Source: a virus (lineage: Duplodnaviria; Caudoviricetes). From it: 47,217 nucleotides of DNA. Both the position numbers and the translations under genes were made by a program. The stretch spans positions 1 through 47,217 of the IMG/VR virus record IMGVR_UViG_3300033067_002201; one strand, written 5' to 3'. Below the pieces are notes generated by a model. It was not told the origin of the DNA. It saw only the letters and a program-made list of their open reading frames with translations, and made no database searches. Shown here in pieces: positions 18,851-27,733 of the stretch (positions are counted from its first letter, which is position 1; every line of letters starts with the position of its first letter).

Positions 18851-20928
18851 GCTCTGTGTCCACCATACGTGAGTTCCGATCCCGACAGCCTCACCCGCAT
18901 GCCATGTTCACTGATGATATACTGGCTCGCCGGCGGTGTACCTGACACCGTGCACTTGAACCTGAACGTACTACCCACTGCCCTGAAACTGACCCAACCT
19001 TCATCCCTGTTTTCAGGAATATAGATGTTGCCGCAGTTCTTCCAGCTTGTTCCCCGGTTGGTCGAGACAAGCACATTGACGATCAACGGGTTGTTGCCGG
19101 CCGGAACACTTCCACCGTTACAGTCAACCTTTATGTTGAAGCCGGTCACTACCTTGAGCGAGTCTGGCATATCGAAATCATAGTCCTTCGTCTCGAATTG
19201 TGGAACAATCGTCACTGATGCCCGGTCAAGACTCTGGTTGTCATCGACCTGCCACAACCTGCCCGCACCCTCATAGTAGATTGACCGCACCGTCGAGCCG
19301 GCCCGCATGCTGTCCCAGCTTGCATACACGCTACCCAGTCCATCCCAAGTATTGCCTGCCAGTCCGTCCCAGCTCAGGCTATTGGTAACGACCGGATTCG
19401 CTATCATATACGTCTGGATGTCGTCGTAACTCCATGCCTTCGCCCTGTACTCGTAACTCCACACCTTCGCAACATAATCCGCATCGGTTGGAAAACCAAA
19501 CAGGATCCTGAACCGTTGCGGATCAGCCTGCACACGCACGCATTCTGTTTTCTGGCATGTCTTCAGCGTCTGCTTGTGCACAGGCGAACCGATCCGCTCG
19601 ATGCCCTGCGTAGTCAACAGATAAATATCATCCTGACCTACAAAAAAGTGCGCTCCCAGCCAGCTGATGACAGCTTTTGGCCCGACCAGACCGACACCAC
19701 CTGTCTCCACTTTCTGGAACTGCAACGGCAACAGCGGATTGTTCGTCGGCGTTCCCATGAACACGGCATCGCCGAAGTATGCGATCAAAGTATCACCAAG
19801 CGGAACCAGCCTCAACAGCGGTGTCGACGTAAAAGGCAGATCAAGGTAATTCGTCGGAATGCTAAAGTCAGTCACATCCGCAAGTGCACTCCACCTGATC
19901 CTCTGCCGCTGGCTACCATCAACCGAATCCACCGTCTGTCCAGCCCATGCCCTGTTCATGAACCCACAACAACAAGCCGGAACAAAGTCAATGCCCGCAG
20001 TCGTAAGCACCCTATAGGTTGCACCCGCACACACCGGTATGAATCCCGGGTTTGCCAGTGTCATGCTTGTCGTACTTGCCACTGCCGCAATGGTATCCCT
20101 GTACGCATACCCTCCCACCGTCACTTCAATGATCTTACCAACCCACGTGGCACCCGTCACCCAAGTCGTTCCGGCACCGGTCAATGTACCAAGCGCACCG
20201 ACAGCCACCGTCACCGTACCAGTCGAGTACGTAACGGTTTCCGTCTGCTTTATCTTCTTCTTTACGTCCGTCGTCCAATACCCAAGCGTTCCCCCCAGTG
20301 GATCATACTTGAGCATCGCACGCTTCCCGTCCGCAATCATCATATAATTGTTGAGCATATCAAACACGGGCTGACTCGCCGCGCCGGGAGAGAACGTTCT
20401 TTGTATCGAGTACGTCACACCTGCCCTGTTCACCAGCGTACCGACGCTCCTGAGCACGATCGACGTAGAACCGCTGACCGTGTCGATCACCGCTTCGCCG
20501 TCAGCCGTACGTAATATGTCGCCGGGCAGGATGTTGTTGGTTGTCCAAGCGGCACCACCTGCGCCCGTGACCGACGTTCCGCTGATCGTCACCGTCCCTG
20601 TCGTGTACGTCCACAGCACTTCGGCTATGCCAGTCGAAAGGTCCAGCACATACAGGTTGTTGCGCGTTATGATGATCAGCTTCTGCAAGCCGTCCGTGCG
20701 CCACACCGCGATCATGTCGCTGGGCGTATAAGGGATAAGCTGGTTCAAGCCAAGTGTACCCGAACCCGGGCGTCTGACGAGGCCTTCCGGACCCGCGATG
20801 AAGTCCTTCACCAATAGGAACGCACCATCAGGCAACACCTGAGATGGCGCATTCAACAGCATGCCCTTGGCAAGCGGCCGTATGAAGACACTCTTCACGC
20901 TTGTGGGCTGGAAGACCGCGTCACTCAT
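18847..20928 (-). CDS. tail nozzle / stabilization protein (P22 gp10, T7 gp12-like)
   Basis: N-terminal GL--RPG, RIRWSALAD, FFVGQDDIY, C-terminal ETKDYDF...FRFK; beta-rich; position. Confidence 0.8.
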   Translation of the reverse strand: MSDAVFQPTSVKSVFIRPLAKGMLLNAPSQVLPDGAFLLVKDFIAGPEGLVRRPGSGTLGLNQLIPYTPSDMIAVWRTDGLQKLIIITRNNLYVLDLSTGIAEVLWTYTTGTVTISGTSVTGAGGAAWTTNNILPGDILRTADGEAVIDTVSGSTSIVLRSVGTLVNRAGVTYSIQRTFSPGAASQPVFDMLNNYMMIADGKRAMLKYDPLGGTLGYWTTDVKKKIKQTETVTYSTGTVTVAVGALGTLTGAGTTWVTGATWVGKIIEVTVGGYAYRDTIAAVASTTSMTLANPGFIPVCAGATYRVLTTAGIDFVPACCCGFMNRAWAGQTVDSVDGSQRQRIRWSALADVTDFSIPTNYLDLPFTSTPLLRLVPLGDTLIAYFGDAVFMGTPTNNPLLPLQFQKVETGGVGLVGPKAVISWLGAHFFVGQDDIYLLTTQGIERIGSPVHKQTLKTCQKTECVRVQADPQRFRILFGFPTDADYVAKVWSYEYRAKAWSYDDIQTYMIANPVVTNSLSWDGLAGNTWDGLGSVYASWDSMRAGSTVRSIYYEGAGRLWQVDDNQSLDRASVTIVPQFETKDYDFDMPDSLKVVTGFNIKVDCNGGSVPAGNNPLIVNVLVSTNRGTSWKNCGNIYIPENRDEGWVSFRAVGSTFRFKCTVSGTPPASQYIISEHGMRVRLSGSELTYGGHRA

Positions 20929-20932
20929 CCGT

Positions 20933-21163
20933 TCAACCCTTCTTCAATCCGTTGACAAGAGCTTCCCACTTGGAAGCGAACCTGAGTCCGACTACCAAGA
21001 ACCACCCCAGCACCGTCATCACGAAACCACTGAGGCCGACTGTATCCTGCACCCTAACATACAGGAACGTGACAACGACCATTACCACGACCTTGACACT
21101 GACAAGTTCGGTGATTACGCGGCCAAACCTAGAGAACAGCTCAACAAAGAACTTCTTCATCAT
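20933..21163 (-). CDS. putative holin (76 aa, two hydrophobic segments)
   Basis: MMKKFF... start after GGGAGG; VSVKVVVMVVVTFLY and GFVMTVLGWFLVVGL; basic C-terminus; near the endolysin. Confidence 0.6.
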   Translation of the reverse strand: MMKKFFVELFSRFGRVITELVSVKVVVMVVVTFLYVRVQDTVGLSGFVMTVLGWFLVVGLRFASKWEALVNGLKKG

Positions 21164-22157
21164 TGCCCTCCCGCATGTAGTATTCCTTCGGCTTCCAGTC
21201 CTTCTTCTTCGAGAAGAACATATTGTAGTAATCCTGATGATAAAACAGCGGCTCGCCTGCCGGATCTGCCCTGAACCGTACCTGACCCTCGAAGCCCAAT
21301 CCTGTATATGCGAACGAACAGACATCGCACGGCTGATGGAACACACCCGCGTCCTGATCCGACCTCAGCTTGCAGATACTCTCATTGTTGTACACCTCAA
21401 GCAGGCTCTTGGTATCAGCCGAAACCTTCCCGTAACTGAGCATGCCTTGGTTCGCCACCTTGTCGTTGTACGCGCACGGCACACACGTCCCGTCCCACCG
21501 GATGACCATGAAGTTCCGGTCGAAATACTGGCACGGATGCCGGCGCATGCTCACCTCGTTCTCATCCTTCAGTGGCTTGCCCACGCATACATAGTCCGCC
21601 GGATGCTTTCCGCCAAGCCAGTGCATCACGTACTCTTCGATCTCCTGCCAGTCCTGTCCGCGTTCGCAGATCTTGACTGCGACATCCTTCTTCGAACCCT
21701 GCAATCTTTTTATAACCAGCAACCGCTCGACGTTCGTCACCAGCAGATGCTTGTTCGTTCCCGGCCTAGCCAGTTCAATGCTGTCCGAACCCGGTACGCC
21801 ATCCATGCTGATGATCAGCTGATAGCAGGTACTTTGATCGGAAAGCAAAAACTCAAGCAGTTCCTGATTCCAGATGGTCAGGTTGGTCGTCACGTAGAAC
21901 CTCAGTCCCAACGTTGACAGATACTTCACCATCTCGAGATAGTTCCTGTTCATGAACGGCTCTCCGTTCATCCAAGGAATCACCACCGTCTCAGGCATCT
22001 CTTTCTTGACAAGGTCTGCTACGTTCTTGAACATCGCCAGATCCATGTCACCGACCGGAAAGTCCTTGTTCTGGACATTCGGGCAATACTTGCACTGCAG
22101 GTTGCACCTGCTCGTAACCTCAAGTATCACCTGCTTCGGAACCTTCAAAACTCCCAC
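21141..22157 (-). CDS. radical SAM protein with SPASM/twitch domain
   Basis: CNLQCKYC, MNGEP, TTN, ISMDG; C-terminal PCQY...IRWDG-CVPC...GKV...PCDVC. Confidence 0.9.
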   Translation of the reverse strand: MGVLKVPKQVILEVTSRCNLQCKYCPNVQNKDFPVGDMDLAMFKNVADLVKKEMPETVVIPWMNGEPFMNRNYLEMVKYLSTLGLRFYVTTNLTIWNQELLEFLLSDQSTCYQLIISMDGVPGSDSIELARPGTNKHLLVTNVERLLVIKRLQGSKKDVAVKICERGQDWQEIEEYVMHWLGGKHPADYVCVGKPLKDENEVSMRRHPCQYFDRNFMVIRWDGTCVPCAYNDKVANQGMLSYGKVSADTKSLLEVYNNESICKLRSDQDAGVFHQPCDVCSFAYTGLGFEGQVRFRADPAGEPLFYHQDYYNMFFSKKKDWKPKEYYMREGNDEEVLC

Positions 22158-22174
22158 CCTTTTCCCCTTCTCCC

Positions 22175-22654
22175 CTACGCTATCTCATAATGCGGGCTGT
22201 CTTTCTGTTTCCCCGGAAAGTCCGCTCCGCAACGCAGGCCAACCTGCAATCCGATCCTGTGCAGTTCCTCCCAGATCGCCTCCGGCGCATTCCAGTCAGG
22301 ACTGTTGCCGTCCTTCGAGGGCGCGGCATCGAATGCCTTCCCTTCCAGATGCTTCGAGTCCAGCGTCCATGTGCTCGGTCTTGCCGTTTCGCTCGGACTG
22401 ACCTGCCACAACCCGGCCTTCTGGAACGCCTTCTGGATCCACTGCGCACTGCTCATTCCGTCCTCTGTCCGTGCTACAAACCGTCCGCGCATCGCGTACG
22501 CCATCTGTACCGCCAGATCCCTGAGTGTCTCAAGCAGTATAACCTTGTATCCGGCTTCCCGCAACACTTCGCTTTCCTCGCACATGCTGAGGAAGTCCTC
22601 GCACTTCACCTGACAGGCAGGCACCAGCAATTCCACACTTCTATGTATAGACAT
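22175..22654 (-). CDS. endolysin, peptidase M15 (L-Ala-D-Glu endopeptidase-like)
   Basis: ETLR---Q---YA-GR, SKHLEGKAFD, W--L---G---GL-CG-DF, DSPHYE. Confidence 0.85.
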   Translation of the reverse strand: MSIHRSVELLVPACQVKCEDFLSMCEESEVLREAGYKVILLETLRDLAVQMAYAMRGRFVARTEDGMSSAQWIQKAFQKAGLWQVSPSETARPSTWTLDSKHLEGKAFDAAPSKDGNSPDWNAPEAIWEELHRIGLQVGLRCGADFPGKQKDSPHYEIA

Positions 22655-22663
22655 TGTCGATCC

Positions 22664-23017
22664 CTACTTGAGCAGTGCGATGAGTGCGACCATTACGATG
22701 CCAAATACCTGTATCCATTGAACGACCATAAGCTGTTTGCCCTTTTCCTTTGTCACCGTCATTTCAGCTTCCTCCGCTTTCCTCTCGGCCAGATATTCAC
22801 GGAACGCCTGCAAGCCCAAGCATGACGACTCACGTGTGTCCTCATAATGCTTGATCTTCACTTCTATGTCATCGACCCTGCTTGCCAAACTGACCACCTC
22901 CGAACGCTTTCCGTTCTGCTTGTCCGGTCCCCACCAGTCAGTCGAGTGTTGCCTGACTTCCGTCCAGAGCTTGGCGAGATCTTCCCTTGCCTTCAAATCA
23001 ACACAGCTGTCATCCAT
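22664..23017 (-). CDS. coiled-coil protein with C-terminal TM (lysis-associated?)
   Basis: C-terminal VVQWIQVFGIVMVALIALLK; immediately upstream of the endolysin. Confidence 0.55.
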   Translation of the reverse strand: MDDSCVDLKAREDLAKLWTEVRQHSTDWWGPDKQNGKRSEVVSLASRVDDIEVKIKHYEDTRESSCLGLQAFREYLAERKAEEAEMTVTKEKGKQLMVVQWIQVFGIVMVALIALLK

Positions 23018-23025
23018 ACGTGCTC

Positions 23026-23631
23026 CTATAGGTTGCCGACCTTGACGATGCTCAGGTACGAATAATCACGTGATCCATAAAGGCTCTTCGATCCAGCATT
23101 GCTGTGCATCAACTGTGCCTGCAATATATCATTCTTCTTGCAAGGTACCACAATCGCTCCACGACACCACCAATGTGCGTTCGCGGTTGAAACCACCGTA
23201 AACCTGTCAAGAATGAAGCCTACCCCCGAAGTCATATTTGCGAGGTTGTACCAGATAGTTTCACTCGCGACCCACACCGATGCCTCGAACAATACAAAAC
23301 TATTGACTGAGTACAATCCATCCATTGGTATCTTGTAATCATACGTGTTCGGCTTGATTCCACCATAGTTGTCAAAGAGTATTGTATCCCAAGCGATCGC
23401 CTTAAAGGTAAGGCCGGTAGCGATTGCGAAGGTATTGCTACGTCCTACCAACGCATAGGGTGTCTTCTCCGTATACCTGAAACCAGCTTTCGGTGTAAAG
23501 AGTGTCTCACCCTCAGCATTGAAGTTATAGTCAAAGAAACTAGGCCACTGCCCCTTGTCAAGCATCGGCCCCCTGACCTGCCCGGGCGACAAGGCATACG
23601 TACCATTCCTTTGGTCACTCACTTCAACCAC
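23026..23631 (-). CDS. C1q/TNF-like domain protein, candidate receptor-binding protein
   Basis: I-WDTILFDNYGG...Y-IP-DGLY-VN...KKND-L-AQL...YSYLSIVKV matches a C1q-like jelly roll; true start may be GTG at 23622 (GTGA overlap). Confidence 0.65.
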   Translation of the reverse strand: MVEVSDQRNGTYALSPGQVRGPMLDKGQWPSFFDYNFNAEGETLFTPKAGFRYTEKTPYALVGRSNTFAIATGLTFKAIAWDTILFDNYGGIKPNTYDYKIPMDGLYSVNSFVLFEASVWVASETIWYNLANMTSGVGFILDRFTVVSTANAHWWCRGAIVVPCKKNDILQAQLMHSNAGSKSLYGSRDYSYLSIVKVGNL

Positions 23632-24962
23632 CGGTCATCAGACCTTAACCTAAACCCCAGCCGGTATGCCTTTGCTTCAAGCCGCTCAATTCTCAACCTT
23701 GCAAACAACGGCAACTTCTTTTTTGCCGCATGACAGTAATACAACAGGCACCCGATGCATTCAATGGTGCAACCACCGGAACCAAGGTACTGGCAACCAT
23801 CACAACAAAATTGTGTACAGCTTCCAAGACAGGGATTGTACTTGTTCCGGAAAGCCAGTGCCTGCTTTATCAAACGGTTACCAGCGCGTTTTATCGCCAC
23901 TTCCGGTTTTCCTACCGCACACAAACCCCTGTATATCTCAGTCAAGGTAATCGTATATGGATCTTTTTTGGCATTCAGGGATTCATTCCAGCAAATATGG
24001 ATCGGAATCACATACTTGACCAATTCAGACAACCAACGCGGCAACCACTTGATCCTGTAGCGGGATGGATCACAGTAGCCTACAGCGCGTTCGACCGCAT
24101 CCTCGTCAAACACAGGTTCATTTTTTATATCACCTATGCAGTGTAGGGGATTGCCAACCGTTTCATGGCAACTATAGAACTTTCCACCTTCAACATCGTA
24201 ACTGAGAAAGTTTGCTCCCGCATGGCAAACATCCAGTCCACAGTACCTGCCATCGGAATCACGCATGTTTCTCACATTCACCTGCATCATTGGCGGGAGT
24301 TTGTTACGCATCCGATAGAAAGCCCTTATACCCAATACCTGCTTTAACTCAGGTTTCTTGAAAATATGTTCACATTCAAAACCATACCTCAGACCTTCAG
24401 GAGCATCGGCAAACAGGTTTGGCAAGCCATCCACAAACTTCCTATACCCATTGATCGGGATAACCCCATGGATGGTAACCGGCAAACCATCGGCACGGTA
24501 CTTCCGCAAGTTTCCCATCAGCAGGGTATAGCTTGCCCTTCCATCCTTGAAGCTCCGGTTCTTGTCATGGGAAGGTGCATACCCGTCGACAGTAAACTGT
24601 ATCGTATCAATAATCCGATGGTACTCCACCATCCAAGGCAGGTAAACGCTTCCATTGGTTATAAAACCAACACGTACGTTCAACCGGACACAACAATCAA
24701 GCAGTTCCCTGAGCGGCTCCGGTGTTATAAACGCTTCACCACCCATGATAACCAAATGGTTGAACTGCCTATGCTCTTCCAAGAACACATTAAATGCCCT
24801 GAGATTCTCCACATTCACGGGATTGTTGTCGTGTATTTCCCGCTGGAAACAATACGGACAGTCAAAATTACACGCATGTGTCAATATCACGTAAAGGCTG
24901 AGCTTCTCCACGTTTTCAGTATTGCATGCCGGACATGCCTCATTGACCGTCACATCGCTCAT
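23619..24962 (-). CDS. radical SAM protein (anSME/SPASM-type maturase-like) with extra Cys-rich C-terminal domain
   Basis: CNFDCPYC, MGGE, ITNG, TVDG---HDKNR---G--SY; CHAG...YSCH...IGDI; tail NPCLGSCTQFCCDGCQYL...GCTIECIGCLLYYC. Confidence 0.9.
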   Translation of the reverse strand: MSDVTVNEACPACNTENVEKLSLYVILTHACNFDCPYCFQREIHDNNPVNVENLRAFNVFLEEHRQFNHLVIMGGEAFITPEPLRELLDCCVRLNVRVGFITNGSVYLPWMVEYHRIIDTIQFTVDGYAPSHDKNRSFKDGRASYTLLMGNLRKYRADGLPVTIHGVIPINGYRKFVDGLPNLFADAPEGLRYGFECEHIFKKPELKQVLGIRAFYRMRNKLPPMMQVNVRNMRDSDGRYCGLDVCHAGANFLSYDVEGGKFYSCHETVGNPLHCIGDIKNEPVFDEDAVERAVGYCDPSRYRIKWLPRWLSELVKYVIPIHICWNESLNAKKDPYTITLTEIYRGLCAVGKPEVAIKRAGNRLIKQALAFRNKYNPCLGSCTQFCCDGCQYLGSGGCTIECIGCLLYYCHAAKKKLPLFARLRIERLEAKAYRLGFRLRSDDRWLK

Positions 24963-25438
24963 ATACAGTCCGCACAGAAACTGCAGGTCGTTGCTGGGTT
25001 ATACGTGTACGTCTTGCTTGCCAGCACTGTCGAGCACCTGCGGGAATTGATTTTTCCAAGCACATCAACCGACCTTGTACCGGATGTGGCAATACTTGTA
25101 CCAGCAACTGCCGTCGCCACACCAAGTGAAACAGTAGTCAAATTAGGTGATGCCCACGTTTGGGTGTTTGCGTTCAGCGGATCCCGTATCTTTGTATTGA
25201 AGTCACTTGCCAGTATCCGGGCATTGGCACTCGGCCCTGCCGGACTGGCCGACAGGAAAAAGTTCGACCGCCATCCATCGACAGCCGCCTTCAATGAAGA
25301 CCAGAACGTAGTTGTCATGCGTTGCGTACCACTCGTCGTCCAATGTCCGGAACAACTTCCAACCGACTCACAGACACTCGAACAAACCTTGGCGCAATCA
25401 GTGACACAGGCGCAGACTGTAACACAACTACAACTCAT
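24959..25438 (-). CDS. Cys-rich protein (CxC/CxxxC repeats), putative radical SAM substrate and virion component
   Basis: 8 Cys in the first 29 aa; ends in CSFCADCI; ATGA overlap with the radical SAM gene. Confidence 0.75.
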   Translation of the reverse strand: MSCSCVTVCACVTDCAKVCSSVCESVGSCSGHWTTSGTQRMTTTFWSSLKAAVDGWRSNFFLSASPAGPSANARILASDFNTKIRDPLNANTQTWASPNLTTVSLGVATAVAGTSIATSGTRSVDVLGKINSRRCSTVLASKTYTYNPATTCSFCADCI

Positions 25439-25441
25439 CTA

Positions 25442-25834
25442 TCACCCCCACGTAGCATAGCCAGAACTGTCAATCGCAACACGTCCGGCAACCAAAACAC
25501 CGTTGGTCCAGAAACTGGCCCAAGCATTTCCCTTCCAATACTTCAGATCACCAGTCGACACTTTAAGCCACACCCGGCCTACGTCATACGTCGAATCAAG
25601 TGCAGTTACTCCATCAGGTTTGGTTGTTGGCGTAGACTCACCGATATAGATTTCCGCTGAACCCATCTTGTGCCAGCCATCCTCCGCCAGCAACCCGCTT
25701 GATAGGTTCATCGTATGCTCTTTGATGACCCTTTCACGAATGGCACCTTTGAACTCTCTTATCTTGTTATCGCCGATGCTTGGATCATCCGCACCGGCAG
25801 GTGTAGCCTCATAAGCAGTATTCCATGTAGCCAT
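25442..25834 (-). CDS. short tail fibre / fibre-anchor protein
   Basis: N-terminal P---D----GD--IR--K--I-ER---EH attachment-like segment; G-VWL--STG-LKYW-G-AW fibre motif. Confidence 0.6.
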   Translation of the reverse strand: MATWNTAYEATPAGADDPSIGDNKIREFKGAIRERVIKEHTMNLSSGLLAEDGWHKMGSAEIYIGESTPTTKPDGVTALDSTYDVGRVWLKVSTGDLKYWKGNAWASFWTNGVLVAGRVAIDSSGYATWG

Positions 25835-25837
25835 CTT

Positions 25838-26812
25838 CTACCCCCACACCGTCATGCCGGACTGCTCTTCATCCAGCATCATCTCGCCTTGGTTCCTCAA
25901 GGTCTGCATCAACTCCTGCAGATCCCGCTTGGTCGCATACGCCCCATTGAAATCCTGCTCCCTCATCTGGATACTGTGCACCGCCCACTGCACCACTGCC
26001 TCATGGAACGGTCTCGGCAAACCCAACACATCATTGACCGTTGCCAGCGACTGCGGATGCGCGTAATACAACATCTCGTAGCTTCTTCCAAGATCCCAAG
26101 GACTGTCAAATGTCACCCTGTTTCCTTCGACCATATACAAACTTGGAATAGCCTTCGTCAACAGCGTACTTGTAAACAGTTCCGTATGTTTCGGCTGAGC
26201 AAGATCAGTCCCTGAAATCAAATCCCTGATTCTCAACACATCGGCAACGTCATCGACCAGATTCCCGATCGCCATGAAATCATCGACACTACCTGCGACC
26301 GGAACCGGAACAAACTCGAAAAACCTCTTGTACAACCTATACGTCCATGTACTGTCAGGAACCACATCCCAGTCCTGATGCACCGTCAGCACACTGTTGT
26401 CGGCAAGATCACCCGTACACCGTATCACCAGTCGTTTCTGCAACTGCAGACCAACCGAATCAACTACTTCGACTACCCAGCCGGTAAACTGCCCGTTCCT
26501 GTTCAGTGGATTGAAACCGTCCACATTGATGCTGTCGACCGTTCCACTCAGCACATCACCCGCCTTGAGCGCGAATGCCTTCCAGTACAAGTTCTTGCGC
26601 AGATGCTTGAACCTGAGTATCGTCCCGTCCGGATACTCCCAGTTCGCGATCCTCACGATCGCTTGGTTGATCCATTCCAGAAGCGGAGTCGCGCCCGGCA
26701 CACCCAGCGTCAAGTCAAACGTTGCAGGATCCCCCGGCGTAACGTACGGGCAAAGATCGGACGGTTCACCCGATAGCTGGAAGACCTTCGTCATCATTTC
26801 CCGTACTGTCAT
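25838..26812 (-). CDS. head-tail adaptor (T7 gp11-like) with inserted beta domain
   Basis: MTV-EM---V--L-GE...WINQA...P--Y...YYA-P--L-----LP--FHEAVV--A; position after the capsid genes. Confidence 0.7.
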   Translation of the reverse strand: MTVREMMTKVFQLSGEPSDLCPYVTPGDPATFDLTLGVPGATPLLEWINQAIVRIANWEYPDGTILRFKHLRKNLYWKAFALKAGDVLSGTVDSINVDGFNPLNRNGQFTGWVVEVVDSVGLQLQKRLVIRCTGDLADNSVLTVHQDWDVVPDSTWTYRLYKRFFEFVPVPVAGSVDDFMAIGNLVDDVADVLRIRDLISGTDLAQPKHTELFTSTLLTKAIPSLYMVEGNRVTFDSPWDLGRSYEMLYYAHPQSLATVNDVLGLPRPFHEAVVQWAVHSIQMREQDFNGAYATKRDLQELMQTLRNQGEMMLDEEQSGMTVWG

Positions 26813-26814
26813 TT

Positions 26815-27120
26815 TCAGTTACCGCCCATGTACACAAGCGCGACAGTCCCTGCCGGATTGCTCGCATGCGATTTGAACCCGCCAGCCGTCCAGATCCCAC
26901 ACGGAATCTCCAGTGCCAAGCTTGAGTTACTCTTCAAATACGCTTCGAAAATCGGCTGGCCCGCACCAGTCGCACCTTCATTGATGATTACCACGCCGGG
27001 CGTAGTCCCTACCGTCACCAGAAAGGCCTTGACCTTCGCGTTGGTCAGCGGATTTTCAAACACTTCCTGATCGCCGGGTGCCCCCAGCCGTACCACATCA
27101 GCAGTCCTAGTCACCGCCAT
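26815..27120 (-). CDS. hypothetical virion protein
   Basis: Start MAVTRT with TAATG overlap; beta-rich. Confidence 0.6.
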   Translation of the reverse strand: MAVTRTADVVRLGAPGDQEVFENPLTNAKVKAFLVTVGTTPGVVIINEGATGAGQPIFEAYLKSNSSLALEIPCGIWTAGGFKSHASNPAGTVALVYMGGN

Positions 27121-27344
27121 TATTTCCTCCCCTTCCCAATCAGTTGCGGAACATCCTTGTAACAACCACAAGGAACCCCGAAGTACTTGCCATTATATCT
27201 CACGCACTCCGAATCCTTCCAGAGCAGGTGGCATTTGCAACATTCCCTTGTTTCTTCGAACTTGATTCCGCTTTGAGTATACTTGAGCGTTTCACACTTG
27301 TTGTCGACCAGCGGCCTCGCCGGCCCTTCGGTATAGCTTGCCAT
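27120..27344 (-). CDS. small Cys-containing protein
   Basis: CCKC...CGCYKD, possibly metal-binding; typical post-capsid position. Confidence 0.55.
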   Translation of the reverse strand: MASYTEGPARPLVDNKCETLKYTQSGIKFEETRECCKCHLLWKDSECVRYNGKYFGVPCGCYKDVPQLIGKGRK

Positions 27345-27353
27345 AGCTTATGA

Positions 27354-27380
27354 CAAGGGGAAGGTTGCCCTTCCCCCTGT
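27354..27380 (-). other. intergenic hairpin (GCAA tetraloop on the minus strand)
   Basis: GGGGAAGG-GCAA-CCTTCCCC on the minus strand. Confidence 0.5.
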
Positions 27381-27383
27381 TCC

Positions 27384-27680
27384 CTACTTGTTCTTCCTTG
27401 CGACCATCACGCAAAGGACCTTGTTCGCGCTCGATGTCCCGCCCGTGTTGTTCAGGAAATCGTTCGACTTGATGGTGAACTCGTTCGTATAATCCGCACA
27501 ACTGGTCAGCGTACCATTCGTCGCAAACACCAGCGCGTTGACCTGCAACAGTACGTCCCGGGCCTTTATGATACCCGTACATCCTACGTTGCCAGCCGCC
27601 GCACCCGGTGCCCAGAACAAAAACTGACCGATGCCATTCGGAAACCTAGTTACGTTCTCGTTGGGCAATCCAGCCGCCAT
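27384..27680 (-). CDS. hypothetical virion/decoration protein
   Basis: RBS AAGGAGG; T-FPNGI motif common in post-capsid genes. Confidence 0.6.
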   Translation of the reverse strand: MAAGLPNENVTRFPNGIGQFLFWAPGAAAGNVGCTGIIKARDVLLQVNALVFATNGTLTSCADYTNEFTIKSNDFLNNTGGTSSANKVLCVMVARKNK

Positions 27681-27699
27681 GGTTCCCTCCTTTGGGAAC

Positions 27700-27725
27700 G
27701 AGGCCCACCGTCACCGGCAGGCCCC
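27700..27725 (-). other. hairpin immediately after the major capsid gene (partial terminator or mRNA stabiliser)
   Basis: GGGGCCTGCCG-GTGA-CGGTGGGCCTC on the minus strand; no U-tract. Confidence 0.45.
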
Positions 27726-27733
27726 TCTTCCGG

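Noticed and set aside
23026-23631. Diversity-generating retroelement target
   Set aside because: No reverse transcriptase and no template/variable repeat pair noticed
25438-25444. Read-through fusing the fibre anchor to the Cys-rich protein
   Set aside because: In frame but separated by two consecutive stops (TGA TAG), and the downstream gene has its own RBS
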